A program made the position numbers and the translations under genes. The notes under the pieces are model-generated. The model made no database searches. It worked only from the letters and a program-made list of their open reading frames with translations, and was not told the origin of the DNA. A DNA stretch of 64,000 nt from Eledone cirrhosa (Eukaryota): the NCBI GenBank assembly GCA_964016885.1, contig OZ024752.1, positions 41,540,001 to 41,604,000 on the forward strand. The letters are read 5' to 3'. Below are positions 24,901-39,603 of this stretch, piece after piece (position 1 is the first letter of the stretch; each line of letters opens with the position of its first letter).

Positions 24901-26282
24901 CAAAGTTATAGAACAGACACAGCAAACCATCTTGTCTCATATACCAATATGGGCTGGTACTTCATTTTATCAACCCTTCAGGAAGATGACTTCAGCAGGA
25001 TTTGAACTCAGAAGGCAAAGTTGTAGAACAGACACTGCAAACCATCTTGTCTCATATACCAATATGGGCTGGTACTTCATTTTATCAACCCTTCAGGAAG
25101 ATGACTTCAGCAGGATTTGAACTCAGAAAGCAAAGTTATAGAACAGACACAGCAAACCATCTTGTCTCATATACCAATATGGGCTGGTACTTCATTTTAT
25201 CAACCCTCAAGAAGACGACTTCAGCAGGATTTGAACTCAGAAGGTAAAGTTATAGAACAGACACTGCAAACCATCTTGTCTCATATACCAATATGGGCTG
25301 GTACTTCATTTTATCAACCCTTCAGGAAGACGACTTCAGCAGGATTTGAACTTAGACTGCGGGAATCTGGAACAACAACAACAACAATAACAACAACAGA
25401 AACAACAACAACAGCAGCAGCAGCAAAGAGTAAAATGAATAATAAAAGAGTTAATAATTACTTGGTTACTTTTGAAAATGTACATGACAAAATCATCATG
25501 TACTGAAAAAAATCGTCTGTACCAGTTTTTACAATAGTCTGTACTTATATGGAGGTAACCACAGTAGACATTGTGGTCAGTGGCTTTACACTGAAATAAC
25601 AATGAGAGACATATTATATTACACAGAGAAATAGAATAATAATAATAATAATGATTTCTTTATTAACCACAAGGGTTTACATAAAGTAGACATTAAGGAC
25701 AGTGCAGGACAAAACAGGACGGTACAAATGGGCATTTCTGCGTGTAAAAAACAAAGAACAGAGGGTGTAACAAAAAATAACAATGAAAAATTCCCCAATA
25801 GGGGGGAGACTTCGGAGGGACATTTGTGGAGAAAGCCCAGTAAAAAGCCACAGTGACCCTGACCACCAAGGCAAGTGCCCTCTCCCAGTTTTCCACCTTT
25901 AATTTACAGATATATACTCAGAGTAGGCCCATTCACTCGGGCCATTCTTGCTTCTCTCACCCATAATAATAATAATAAAAGGGCGGTGGATTGACAGTAT
26001 CGGTAGAGGGTCGGACGCCATGCTTTCCAGCATAGTTACGTCCCTTTACGATCTGAGTTCAAATCCCGCCGAGGTTAACTTTGCCTTCTGTCATAAGGTC
26101 GTGGATTGACAGTATCGGTAGAGGGTCGGACGCCATGCTTTGCAGCATAGTTACGTCCCTTTACGATCTGAGTTCAAATCCCGCCGAGGTTGACTTTGCC
26201 TTTCATCCTTACGGGGGGTCGATAAAATAAAGTACCAGTAATGCACTGGATAATTGCTGGCCTTGTGCCTAACGTAGAAACA

Positions 26283-26320
<38 letters not shown>

Positions 26321-26976
26321 AGAGTTGGTGAAGGTACTATGGGATTTTAGGATACAGACGGACAAGAAATTAGAACACAATAGACCTGACCTGGTGGTTT
26401 TGGACAAGGAAAAAAGATTGTGCCTGATTGTAGATGTAGCCTGCCCATTTCACACGAGAGTGCAAGAAAAGGAGAGGGAGAAAATTAACCGATACCAGGA
26501 CTTAAAGTGGGAGTTAAAAAGGATTTGGAACTGCCATGAAGTCAGAGTGGTCCCGATTGTCATAGGCGCACTAGGTACTATCTCAAAGAGTTTCCAGGGA
26601 TGGTTAAAGAAAATTAGTCCAGCCCCGCTTTTTGGAACACTTCAGAAGGCATGCTTTGCTGGGAACAGCAAGAACTCTCCGATACGTCCTGAATATCTGA
26701 GGCTGCAGGTAGCGGCTTGATATTCATTTCAACAAACTTTCCAGTTAAATAACATCAATGACTCAGACTCAAAGAATAATAATAATAATTGTTTCTACTT
26801 TTGGCACAAGGCCAGTAATTACCCAGTACATTACTGGTACTTTATTTTATTGACCCCGTAAGGATGAAAGGCAAAATTAACCTCGGCGGGATTTGAACTC
26901 AGAATGGCAAGGGCCGTAACCCTATGCATCAAAGCATGACGTCCGACCCTATACCGACACTGCCAATCCACCGCCC

Positions 26977-27039
<63 letters not shown>

Positions 27040-30000
27040 TGATTTCTACTATGGGCACAAGCCAAGTAATTTGGGGGAAAGGGAAAGTCGATTAAATCGA
27101 TCCCAGTACGTTACTGGTGCTTTATTTTATCGACCCCATAGAATGAAAGGCAAAGCTAACTTTGGTGGGATTTGAACTCAGAACATAAAGGGATGTAACT
27201 ATTGGTTATTTTTGTTAGTTGCACATAGTTTTTTTTCACAAAAAAATTTTGTAATTAAAGAATTATTAACCCTTTACCATTTACATTGCTCTATCATCAT
27301 CATCATCATCATTTTACGTCCGCTTTTCCCTGCTTGCAAGGGTGGGACGGGAACTGATGCTGGCTTCATTTCTACAGCTGGATGCCCTTCCTAACACCAA
27401 CCTCATTTACAGTGAGTGCTGGGTGCTTTTTTGCCGTGGCACCTCCACGACCACTTTGCAGTGGAATGATAGGTATCCCAGTCCCTATCATCTCATTTCT
27501 ACAGCTGAGTAAACTGGAGCAATGTGAAATAAAGTGTCTTGCTCAAGGAAACAACACATCACCCAGTCTGAGAATTGAACTCACAACCTTTCGATTGCAA
27601 GGCCAATGCTCTAACTACTAAGCCATGTGCCTCCATATTTACTATTATATTTTCATGGTAAAGGCTTTACCTCACAATATCAAATCTAAGAGATTTTGAT
27701 ATTATTTATGTTGAAAACAATAACTTAATATTAGTATGAGCAACCGGTTACAGCCAGTTTGAACAGAAAGAGGTGAGAGAATTCTGGCCGGATACAGCTG
27801 GCTTAAATGCTAAAGGGTGAAAGGTTTTGTACCCTTTTTATATATAGAATACTACAATTAACTGTCATCTTTGATGGCATGGGGCCAGTTAGTATCAATA
27901 TAATCTATAGGAATATATATATATATATATAAACATAGTTACCTCTAATATATTTTTCCTTTCATATGGTGACTCTCCATTGTTCCTTGTAACTACAGCA
28001 TCTAACATTTCAAAACATTTATCACAAACTCTATTTAGTTTGTTATCATCGTACAATAGAGGAAGTTTTCGAGATGAACATTTTCCACACACGACCTGAA
28101 ACAACAAAAACAACATTGAGGTTTTTTATATTTTTCAATTTTTTTTATATGATCATTATATTTTTAAAATCAATTTTAATCAAATACATTTGCAGTATTA
28201 GAGTAAAGACTTTAACATTTAACCCTTTAGCATTTACATTACTCAATATTTACTATTGTATTTTCACAGTAAAGGTTTTATCTCACATACTATCTTACAT
28301 AATTATCTCACATAATACTGAATCTTCGAGATTTTGATATTATTTATTTTGAGAACAATACCTTAACATAAGTATGAGCTGTTGGTTATTGCTGGTTTGA
28401 ACAGAAAGAGGTGAGAGAATTCTGGCCAGATAAGACCGGTTTAAATGCTAAAGGGTTAATGTGATGCAGTTATAGTGTTGTTCTATAATTTTCAGTAATG
28501 CAGCTTCATGTGGTACAGGATGTTGGGAGTTAAACAGAAATCGTAAAATCCATACTTACATAACCACAGGCCCGGCAGTGATGTCTGCGGCGGAAAGTGG
28601 TAAACTGGTTGCTACAGAGCATACACATACTTGCAGCATCATCTTTAACCCATCGAGGTGCCCGTTTGCCCACATCATCATCCTGGCATAACATAAAGAA
28701 GAAGTATAATTACAAATATTAGCATTTCATTCTTCTTCCTTTTGTCATTTAAGACAGTAAGGTGTTGCTATTTCTAGCATATCTAAAGATAATGTAGAGG
28801 CTCCATCATCGGGTCTATAAACATTAGCATTTCATTCTTTCCCCTCCAATATTTAACCCTTTTGATACCCAGAACCACCTTTGGCTCTATGAAACAAAAA
28901 AACAACCATTTTAAAGGATTTCTATTTATATTAAAATCTTCCAACATAATTTTATATAAGAGTTATATGTTAAGTTACTATCTTAGTCATGAAATAAATA
29001 ATGAATTTAGTAAAATTCCCACCAAAATTCTTCATTAATTCATTGAAATAGTGTATTTCATTAAATTTACAAAAAAAAAAAAAATAACAATAAATAAATA
29101 ATAATAAATAAATAAACAATTCTAGTGAAACTTAACCTTTATCATTTACATTACTCTATATATACTATTATATTTTCATGGTAAAAGATCTACCTCACAT
29201 AATTATCTCACATAATATCGAATCTATGAAATTTTGAGATTATTTATTTGGAAGAACAATACCTTAATATCAGTATGATTGGCTGGTTACGGTTGGTTTA
29301 AACAGAAAGAGGTGAGAGAATTCTGGCCAGATACGGCCGGTTTAAATGCTAAAAGGTTAAACCAACATACCTCTTCAATGTACATTTTCTGTGCTTGTTC
29401 TATGGTTCGCATTGATTGTTTGCGATTACTGAAGTCATCAATTGTCATTTTCATAATCTGGAAGGAAACAAACACACACGTGTGATCACGATGATGATGA
29501 TGATGGTGATAATAGTAAATGAGGCACATGGCTTAGTGGTTAGAGCATTGGGCTTGCAATCGAAAGGTTGTGAGTTCAATTCTCAGACAGGGTGATGTGT
29601 TGTTTCCTTGAGCAAGACACTTTATTTCACATTGCTCCAGTTTACTCAGCTGTAGAAATGAGATGATAGGGACTGGGGTCCCTATCATTCCACTGCAAAG
29701 TGGTCGTGGAGGTGCCACGGCAAAAAAAAAAGCACCCAGCACTCACAGTAAATGAGGTTGGTGTTAGGAAGGGCATCCAGCTGTAGAAATCAAGCCAGCA
29801 TCAGTTCCCGTCCCACCCTTGCAAGCAGGGAAAAAGCGGACGTAAAATGAAATGATGATGCTGATGATTGGTGGTGGTGGTGGTGATGGTGGTGATGGTA
29901 GTGATGATAATGATGATGGTGATGGTAGTAGTGATAGTAATACTGATGAACATGAAATGAGGCAAAAATGTTCCGTTGGATGTGCAGTGTAAATGTGCAT

Positions 30001-33000
30001 GAACGACCGAGCATGAATGTGTTGAGAGAGAAACTGTGTCTGAGAGGGATAGAATGTAGTGTGGGAGAGAGGAGACTGCGGTGGTGTGGACATGTGATGC
30101 GCATGGAGGATGGGTGAAGAAGTGCCAAGAAAGCCCAGTTGAAGGAAGGCGTGGTAGAGGTAGACCACGAAAAACATGGGCGGAGGTGGTGAGAACAGAC
30201 CTCAGATCGCTGAGGCTCATGGAGGAGATGACGAAGGACCGTGACAAGTGGAGAGATGCTGTGCTGAATAGGACCCGTCCCACCCTTGCAAGCAGGGAAA
30301 AGCGGATGTAAAATGATGATGATGATGATGATGATTCCAAAAAGAAATACTTACACTGTACCAGCAGTTAGGATCATCTAAATAACCTCTGAAATAAAAA
30401 TAAATAAATAGAAACATATTAGTATTTGTATTAAACACTGTCAATTCTCACAAGTACTAACCAAATAATTAAGTCAAAGATGTACATCCATATATGTATA
30501 CTGAAATACTAGTATGTATATGAATACACACACGTATACATATGTAGATGTACCAAGTTTTTTTTCACTGATCACTTTACTGTGAGTGGCCAGCTATTCT
30601 GTATGTAAACACACAGACTACTAACCAAATAAATATACATATATACACACACATACATACAGGGTACCCGACCTCCCATGGGTACATGCTGAAGCATATA
30701 AACAATATGCCCCCCCCCCCCCCCCACCGCAAGGTGGTCGTGGAGGTGCCACGGCAAAAAAGCACCCAGCCCACACTGTAAAGTGGACGTGTAGGCGCCA
30801 CGAAAAAGCACCCAGCACTCACTGTAAATGAGGTTGGTGTTAGGAAGGGCATCCAGCTGTAGAAATCAAGCCAGATCAGTTCCTGTATGAGCAAGGCATG
30901 GTCAGCCGACCAGACACTGCCCACAACAGGACAACCCGTCTAACCCATGCTAGCGTGGAAGAACGGACGTAAAACGGTGATGATGATGATGATGATACAT
31001 ATGGACATAAGTATATGTATATATATATATTTTTTTAGATCGACTTTTGTCAAATCGGACCGAGGAAACAATGTTTCCATTGGTCTTTCCAATTGCTAAT
31101 ACCATCTATCGGTCGCAACTCCAGGTAGAAGGAGCAACGTGAAATAAAGTGTCTTGCTCAAGGACATAACGCATCGCCCGGTCCAGGAATCGAACTCACA
31201 ACCTCACGATTGCGAATCCAGTTCTCTAACCACTCAACCACACGCCTTCACTATATATATATATATATATATACACATATGTATATACATACATACACAT
31301 ACACACACATATATATACATATACACACATATATATATACATACACATACACACACACATATATATATACATATATACATACACATACACATACACACAC
31401 ACATATATATATATACACATATATATACATACACACATATATACATACACACACACATATATATAAACACATACACACATACACACATATATATAAACAC
31501 ATACACACATATATATGTATATATGTATATACACAAATAGCACATAGGATGTAAAATGTGTAGCACATAGGATGTAAAATGTGTACATACTCATTTAGTA
31601 ACTCAATAGTCTTCTCAGTACTCTGCACGTAAAAGGCATTTGGGAGGTCAGCTTGGGTCAACTGGAAATTACACACACAGATACATAAATTTATAAATAA
31701 AGCAAGCCAGCATATAAAAGCAGAACAGAAGCACCTAATTTAGGACTGGTTTAGTTGGTGATGGGAGGTGGGCCATGTGTAATATAGATTGAGGTGATGT
31801 TGGTGATGTTGGTGCATGGTAGTGAGGTGGGGCTCTTGTGGGGGGAGGGCTCTTGTGGGGCGTGGGGAGGGGCTCTTGTGGGGTGAGGGGGAGGAGGTAA
31901 AGATAAAAGGGACGGCATGGTGCTAGTGGTGTGGGGAGGAGGAATATTTAGAGCTGTTGTTCCTAAGCTATAGCTGTATGGATCCAGTGTTTAGGATAAG
32001 TACAGTGTGTTCCTGATGACATTTGTACATTATTCTATGTACTATGCATGCACCTTTGATGAGTTGTAGTGCACCTGAGCAGTGTACACAGTCATTTCAT
32101 TATTATTGGATTGGCAGTATCTGTAGAGGGTCGGACGCCATGCTTTGCAGCAAAGAGTTATGGCCCTTTATGGTCTGAGTTCAAATCCCGCCGAGGTTAA
32201 CTTTGCCTTTCATCCTTACGGGGTCAATAAAATAAAGTACCAGTAATACACTGGGTTCAATTTAATCGACTTTCCCCTCCCCCCAAATTACTGGCCTTGT
32301 GCCTATATAAGAAACCATTATTCTATGTACTATACATGCACCTTTGATGAGTTGTAGTGCACCTGAGCAGTGTACACAGTCATTTCATTATTATTGGATT
32401 GGCAGTATCTGTAGAGGGTCGGACACCATGCTTTGCAGCAAAGAGTTACGGCCCTTTATGGTCTGAGTTGAAATCCCGCCGAGGTTAACTTAAAGTACCA
32501 GTAATGCACTGGCGTCGATTTAATCGACTTTCCCCGGCCTTGTGCCAAAAGTAGAAACAATTATTCTACGTACTATACATGCACCTTTGATGAGTTGTAG
32601 TGCACCTGAGCACTGTACACAATAATTTCATTATTATTATTATTATTATTATTATAAAATGGTTACACCCAAGAAGAACATTTGGTTGTAAAACATTGAA
32701 AAATAAAAATGAAATTTATAGCTCGCACCACTGCGGGGTTTAGCAGGACTCTGACAAGGTCATATCATATAGGAGGTTTCTCAGATGCTGCAAAGAGAGA
32801 GGCCCCAGCACTCTCATACACCCACATATATATCTACCTTGATTACAGCCCATAACTATGTAGGATTAGCTGGCCCCTGAAGAGGTTGCATCTCATAGGA
32901 GGTTTCTCAGGTGTATTAATGATAGGGACCCCTTATATATATTTTTTATTAGAGTCCATAACTATGTAGGTTTAGCTGGCCCCTGAAGAGGTTGCATTTC

Positions 33001-35345
33001 ATAGGAGGTTTCTGAGGTGTATTAATGATAGGGACCCCTTATATATATTTTTTATTAGAGTCCATAACTATGTAGGTTTAGCTGGCCCCTGAAGAGGTTG
33101 CATTTCATAGGAGGTTTCTCGGGTGTTTTAATGATAGGTGCCCAGGTCCTATCAGGAAAAGGAAGGTGAAATGAAGGATCTTGCTCAAGAACATGAAGCA
33201 CTGCCAAACCCAGAAATCTAACCTATGACATTAAGATCAAGAGTCCATCACCCTAACCACTAGGCCACATGCCCTTACTTATAAAACATTGCATCATAAC
33301 CTCCCCCGATGAGTATGAAGAAATGTGGTTGGGGTTAGGAAAAGCATCCAGCCATAGACACCAAGCCAGAATCAGTTCTGTATGAAGAAGACATGGTCAT
33401 CTGGTCTAACTTGTCTCACAATGGGACGACTCGTCTAACTCATGCTAGCATGGAAAAATGGGGGTTAAACGATAATGATGACGGTAGGGACCCTTTAAAA
33501 TTGGTTGTTTTGTTTCATAGAAACAAGGATAGTGGGTTGATTTCAAAAGGGTTAATGGTGAATTTGGAAGGATTTATTAAAAGAAAATTAATCTCATTAT
33601 TAATATGGCATCTGTAATATAATTTAATAAATAGTTCTTATATCAAATTATGATGGGAAGTTTTAACCCTTTAGCATTTAAACTGGCCAAATCCAGTAAG
33701 AATTCTCTCACCTCTTTCTGTTCAAACTAGCTGTAACCGGCCACTCATACGCATGTTAAGGTATTGTTATCAAAATAGATAATATCAAAATTTCATAGAT
33801 TCAATATTATGTGAGATATTATGTAAGATAAACCTTTACTGTGAAAATATAATAGTATATATAAAGTAATGTAAATGTTATGTGAGATATTATGTAAGAT
33901 AAACCTTTACTGTAAAAATATAATAGTATATATAAAGTAATGTAAATGTTATGTGAGATATTATGTAAGATAAACCTTTACTGTAAAAATATAATAGTAT
34001 ATATAAAGTAATGTAAATGTTATGTGAGATATTATGTAAGATAAACCTTTACTGTGAAAATACAATAGTATATATAAAGTAATGTAAATGTTATGTGAGA
34101 TATTATGTAAGATAAACCTTTACTGTAAAAATATAATAGTATATATAAAGTAATGTAAATGTTATGTGAGATATTATGTAAGATAAACCTTTACTGTGAA
34201 AATATAATAGTATATATAAAGTAATGTAAATGTTATGTGAGATATTATGTAAGATAAACCTTTACTGTAAAAATATAATAGTATATATAAAGTAATGTAA
34301 ATGTTATGTGAGATATTATGTAAGATAAACCTTTACTGTGAAAATACAATAGTATATATAAAGTAATGTAAATGTTATGTGAGATATTATGTAAGATAAA
34401 CCTTTACTGTAAAAATATAATAGTATATATAAAGTAATGTAAATGTTATGTGAGATATTATGTAAGATAAACCTTTACTGTGAAAATATAATAGTATATA
34501 TAAAGTAATGTAAATGTTATGTGAGATATTATGTAAGATAAACCTTTACTGTGAAAATATAATAGTATATATAAAGTAATGTAAATGTTATGTGAGATAT
34601 TATGTAAGATAAACCTTTACTGTGAAAATATAATAGTATATATAGAGTAATGTAAATGTTATGTGAGGTATTATGTGAGGTAAAGCCTTTACTGTGAAAA
34701 TATAATAGTATATATAGAGCAATGTTAATGTTATGTGAGATATTATGTAAGATAAACCTTTACTGTGAAAATATAATAGTATATATAAAGTAATGTTAAT
34801 GCTAAAGGGTTAATTTAAATAGAAACCGTTTAAAATGGGTGGTTTTGTATCACAGAACGAGGGACAGTTTGGGGTTGATTGGTATCAAAGAGTTGATAAA
34901 TCAATAAGATACTAAAAGGTAAAAAATCTGTGGCACGAACCTGCATCCCATCAATAGTCATACTAGCTCTTATTTTGTATGTACCAAGGAGAGGTTCACT
35001 GCATACTAACATCAGGTCGTTGAACTGCAAGGAGAAAACACAGAAGATGTAGAATATCAATATAAGGAAGGAAATGAAAGGATTGTGAGTGGACATGGGT
35101 GATGTACCCATGATTAAAATAACTCGGGGTTTATGTATCCATGGTTGACTAACCATAGGTTGGCCTCTCTGAAGCAAAAGCTTGGATATATATGGTGCTT
35201 TTGTGGAAGACCAATTGTTGCCCGTGCATGCAAGTCTCCCCTTTCCATGACACCGATATTGTCCAAGAGAAAAGCAACAGTGAATACAGCTTGGCATGAA
35301 TGTTGCCATAATTCATATATTCACTATTACACTATATATATGTGT

Positions 35346-35377
<32 letters not shown>

Positions 35378-35620
35378 CCCATGTTCAACCGGGGGTAACC
35401 GCAGTAAGTAAGGTACTCAATACATAGCAGAGTATAACTGTTCAATATAGAAATGGCTTCTACAGGACTAGACCTGTTTCATTCAAAGAATATAATCAGG
35501 AAAGCTTTCCTGATAATTTCCTTTGAAGGAAACAGTTCTAGTCCTGTAGAAGCCATTTCTATATTAAATATAAATATATATATATGTAATATATTGTTTA
35601 ACCTTATATTACTTTCCACA

Positions 35621-35665
<45 letters not shown>

Positions 35666-37815
35666 TTCCAAGTAAAAAGTGTTGGTTGATCAGGCAGTTG
35701 ACTGTAAACATATGTAAACACTCCACAATGTGCGTATCTTAAGTCTTAAGATATTACCTATAAGGTATCAGATACAGTGTCAATATTATAAAAAAGATTA
35801 TTATGTAACCCCGTTGATGTCTTTGAAATGTGCATAACAGGGTGATGTACACATGATACTATCTCTCTTCTTTTTCATAATATATATATATATATATATA
35901 TAAAGATCTTATAGGTAGAAAAATACATTTTTATTTTAATTCATCAGTTTTGTCTACAATTTTTTTAGTGAGTGATTTAAAAAATGGTACATGACGGGGA
36001 CTATCTCAGTGTGATAGAGTAAGTGGCTGAGCATTCCACAGACATGAATATCCTTAATGTAATTCTTATGGAGATAAGTAACTGAGCATTCCACAAATAT
36101 GTGTATCCTTAATGTAATTCTTATGGAGATAAGTGACTGAGCATTCCACAAATATGTGTATCCTTAATGTAATTCTTATGGAGATTTAGTGTGACACTGT
36201 GTGTGACAAGGTTGGCTCTTTGAATAACAGAAACAACTCATTTGTCTCCAGTTGAGTGAACTGAAGCAACATGAAACAAAGTGACTTGCTTAAGGACACA
36301 ACATGCCACTGGGAATCAAATCCATGACCTTACGAGCTGCACATTCTTAGCCACACACATTTATATAAAACTGCCCACCAGTATGACTTACTAAAACAGC
36401 ATTCCAAATAAAATGAGGCTTCATTTTGAGAGTCAGATAAAAACATCCTTGATCATTTCCTTATCATATAGAAAGCTCAACTGTGACCTCTATTAGATCA
36501 CTGCAACCATATGTAAGACACCACAGCTTGTGTGCCAGACTCACATACCAAGCAAGAATATATAGCAACTATATATATACTTCAACAATATATTTCAGGA
36601 ATATATACCAACTATATATACCAACAATATATTTCAGGAATATATACCAACTGTATATATACTTCAACAATATATTTCAGGAATATATACCAACTATATA
36701 TACCAACAATATATTTCAGGAATATATACCAACTGTATATATATTTCAACAATATATTTCAGGAATATATACCAACTGTATATATATTTCAACAATATAT
36801 TTCAGGAATATATACCAACTGTATATATATTTCAACAATATATTTCAGGAATATATACCAACTATATATACCAACAATATATTTCAGGAATATATACCAA
36901 CTGTATATATATTTCAACAATATATTTCAGGAATATATACCAACTGTATATATATTTCAACAATATATTTCAGGAATATATACCAACTGTATATATATTT
37001 CAACAATATATTTCAGGAATATATAGCAACTATATATATATTTCAACAATATATTTCAGGAATATATACCAACTGTATATACCAACAATATATTTCAGGA
37101 ATATATACCATATCTGAGACACCACTGATTATGTGCTAGATTTGGCATACTTACCAAAAATATATATAAATTATATATACCATATATAGTTTATATATAG
37201 CAAGATGGTTGGATAATATTCATGAGCTTGGCTGGTCTTACTTGAGGATCCAGCCAAATCAATTGAAGATGGTCACTTCTGATAGGACCTACTGACGGGA
37301 GGTGTTTGAGGATTCAGCCCCCACGATAAGTGGGCAAAGAAGAAGTGATGTTAGAGCTGTGAAATCTAGCATGCATTAATTTCAACTCATCTTAATAACT
37401 ACATTGTTTCTTTCCAGGGAGAACATTGAAAAATAAACCTCATTTGGTCATTCCATGAGAGTATCTTGGTCAGACTAAGAACTTTTCTTGGTCAGACTAA
37501 GACCCTCTTATATATGTAACATATTTGTGACAGCACTTCCACCATGTTTGACCATACTTACCAGGAATATATATCGTTCCTGTTTCTCTCCACTTCGTGC
37601 CGAGATCTTGATTATACGTCCTTCTCGAACAAGTTCCCGTGTCGGACTAATTAGGTCAACAGTCTGGCCAAGACGTTGATGGATTTCTAATAGTTTCCGG
37701 AATTTTTCCTGATTTAATAAAGTTGGAAAGAGAGTTAGAGGAATAGATAACATTAGAAGATTAAAGAATGTTTTAGATGGATGTATAAAATGGACATATA
37801 TACATATATATATAG

Positions 37816-37860
<45 letters not shown>

Positions 37861-38508
37861 TATGTATATTTATATATATATATATAGTATGTGTGTATAT
37901 ATATATATATATACATACTGTATATATATATCACGACAAAAAATACACAGTCCACGCTGTAATGTGGCCGTGTAGGCAACACGGTAAAAACCTCCCAGCC
38001 CCACACTGTAAATGTGGTTGGTGTTAGGAAGGGCATCCAGCTGTAGAAAACCTGCCAGACAGTCCACGCTGTAATGTGGCCGTGTAGGCAACACGATAAA
38101 AACCTCCCAGCCCCACACTGTAAATGTGGTTGGTGTTAGGAAGGGCATCCAGCTGTAGAAAACCCGCCAGACAGTCCTATGCGAGCAAGACAATCACTCT
38201 TGCCTCAAGTGGGAAAACCCCCGTCCAAACCCATGCAAGCGTGGAACACGGACGTTAAACGTTGATGGTGATGATGATGATGATGTATATATATATATAC
38301 AGTATATATATATATAGTATGTAGATTCCTGAAAGGGATCGGGAGGTGACCACAGTTAAAGAAGGTACTCAATACATTGGTAGAGTATAAGTAGACATCT
38401 TTATTTTATACAGAAATGATTTTCTACAGGACTAGAACTGTTTCATTCATATGAAATCATTACGAATGAAATAGTTCTAGTCCTGTAGAAGTCATTTCTA
38501 TATCAAAT

Positions 38509-38566
<58 letters not shown>

Positions 38567-39569
38567 CGTTGATAAATGAAGCAAAACAAACACAAGGATA
38601 CAAAAATACACAATTATATTAGGTTCACGCTTGGAGGAAACGGAGGAGGGTTCGATGTTTCGGACAGAAATCTTTCATCAGGAAATTTCAGATAAGGAGA
38701 GAACAGGTAGATATATGTATGTGCGAGCAAGATAATCACTCTTGCCTCAAGTGGCAAAACCCCCGTCCAAACCCATGCAAGCGTGGAACACGGACGTTAA
38801 ACGTTGATGATGATGATGATGATGATGAATGGTGCAAAAGTTAGGAAAGGAAGTTAAGAATAGGGTGTTGGTAGAAGATTTGTTAGGTAGGGGCTGGATG
38901 GTAGGCAAAAGGTCTGGCATAGGAGGTGGGGGTTCAAGTATGGAGTCCAGGGATGTCATGGGTGTGGTTATGTGTGTGCCGAAGGGATGACATTGGTAGG
39001 TGTGTGTTGCTTGATGGATATATAGAATGGATGTATATTATTGATGTTTAAAATGAATCTATAAGACTGATATATATGACAGATGTATAAGATGTAGATA
39101 CATAAGATGTATAAGAAACATGTATATATATAAGAAAGATGTATATATAATAATTGGAGTTTTACTTACTATTTTGTTCATTGCTTCATTTGAGTGACTT
39201 GCTGCTTCTGTAACTTTCTGGAGTGCTTCTGTAATATATATATATATGTATATATATGTATGTATTGATAGGGGGCGGATTAAGAAATTGCAGAAACCCA
39301 AGAAGCTAGATTTACCATCTTTCTAGTGGGTCCGGGTAAGTTTTTACATTCATATAAATTATTGATTTATTGATATTTTATCTGAGTGACCCGAATCTTC
39401 CTGGTCGTTATTTTTCGGCTGCATGGGTGATTTTAGGCATAATCTTTGTGTGTTGGTATTTTAACGATAGTTATAGCTCTGATTTATCTGAATTATTGAG
39501 CCCTCTGCCACTCATGTCGGATTTGTTTATCGTAAATTCATGAGCTGATTTTCCGATACTCGATTATTC

Positions 39570-39603
<34 letters not shown>

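Noticed and set aside
23740-25506. Stack of overlapping ORFs, or a CRISPR-like array
   Set aside because: Units are identical along their whole length with no unique spacers, there are no cas genes, and the context is eukaryotic; it is a SINE-derived satellite.
29520-29600. tRNA genes at SINE heads
   Set aside because: A and B boxes are present, but there is no complete cloverleaf and each head continues into a SINE body.
32050-33130. TTGATGA and CTGAAGA motifs in short tandem duplications as hammerheads
   Set aside because: No downstream stem II-GAAA-UH arrangement.
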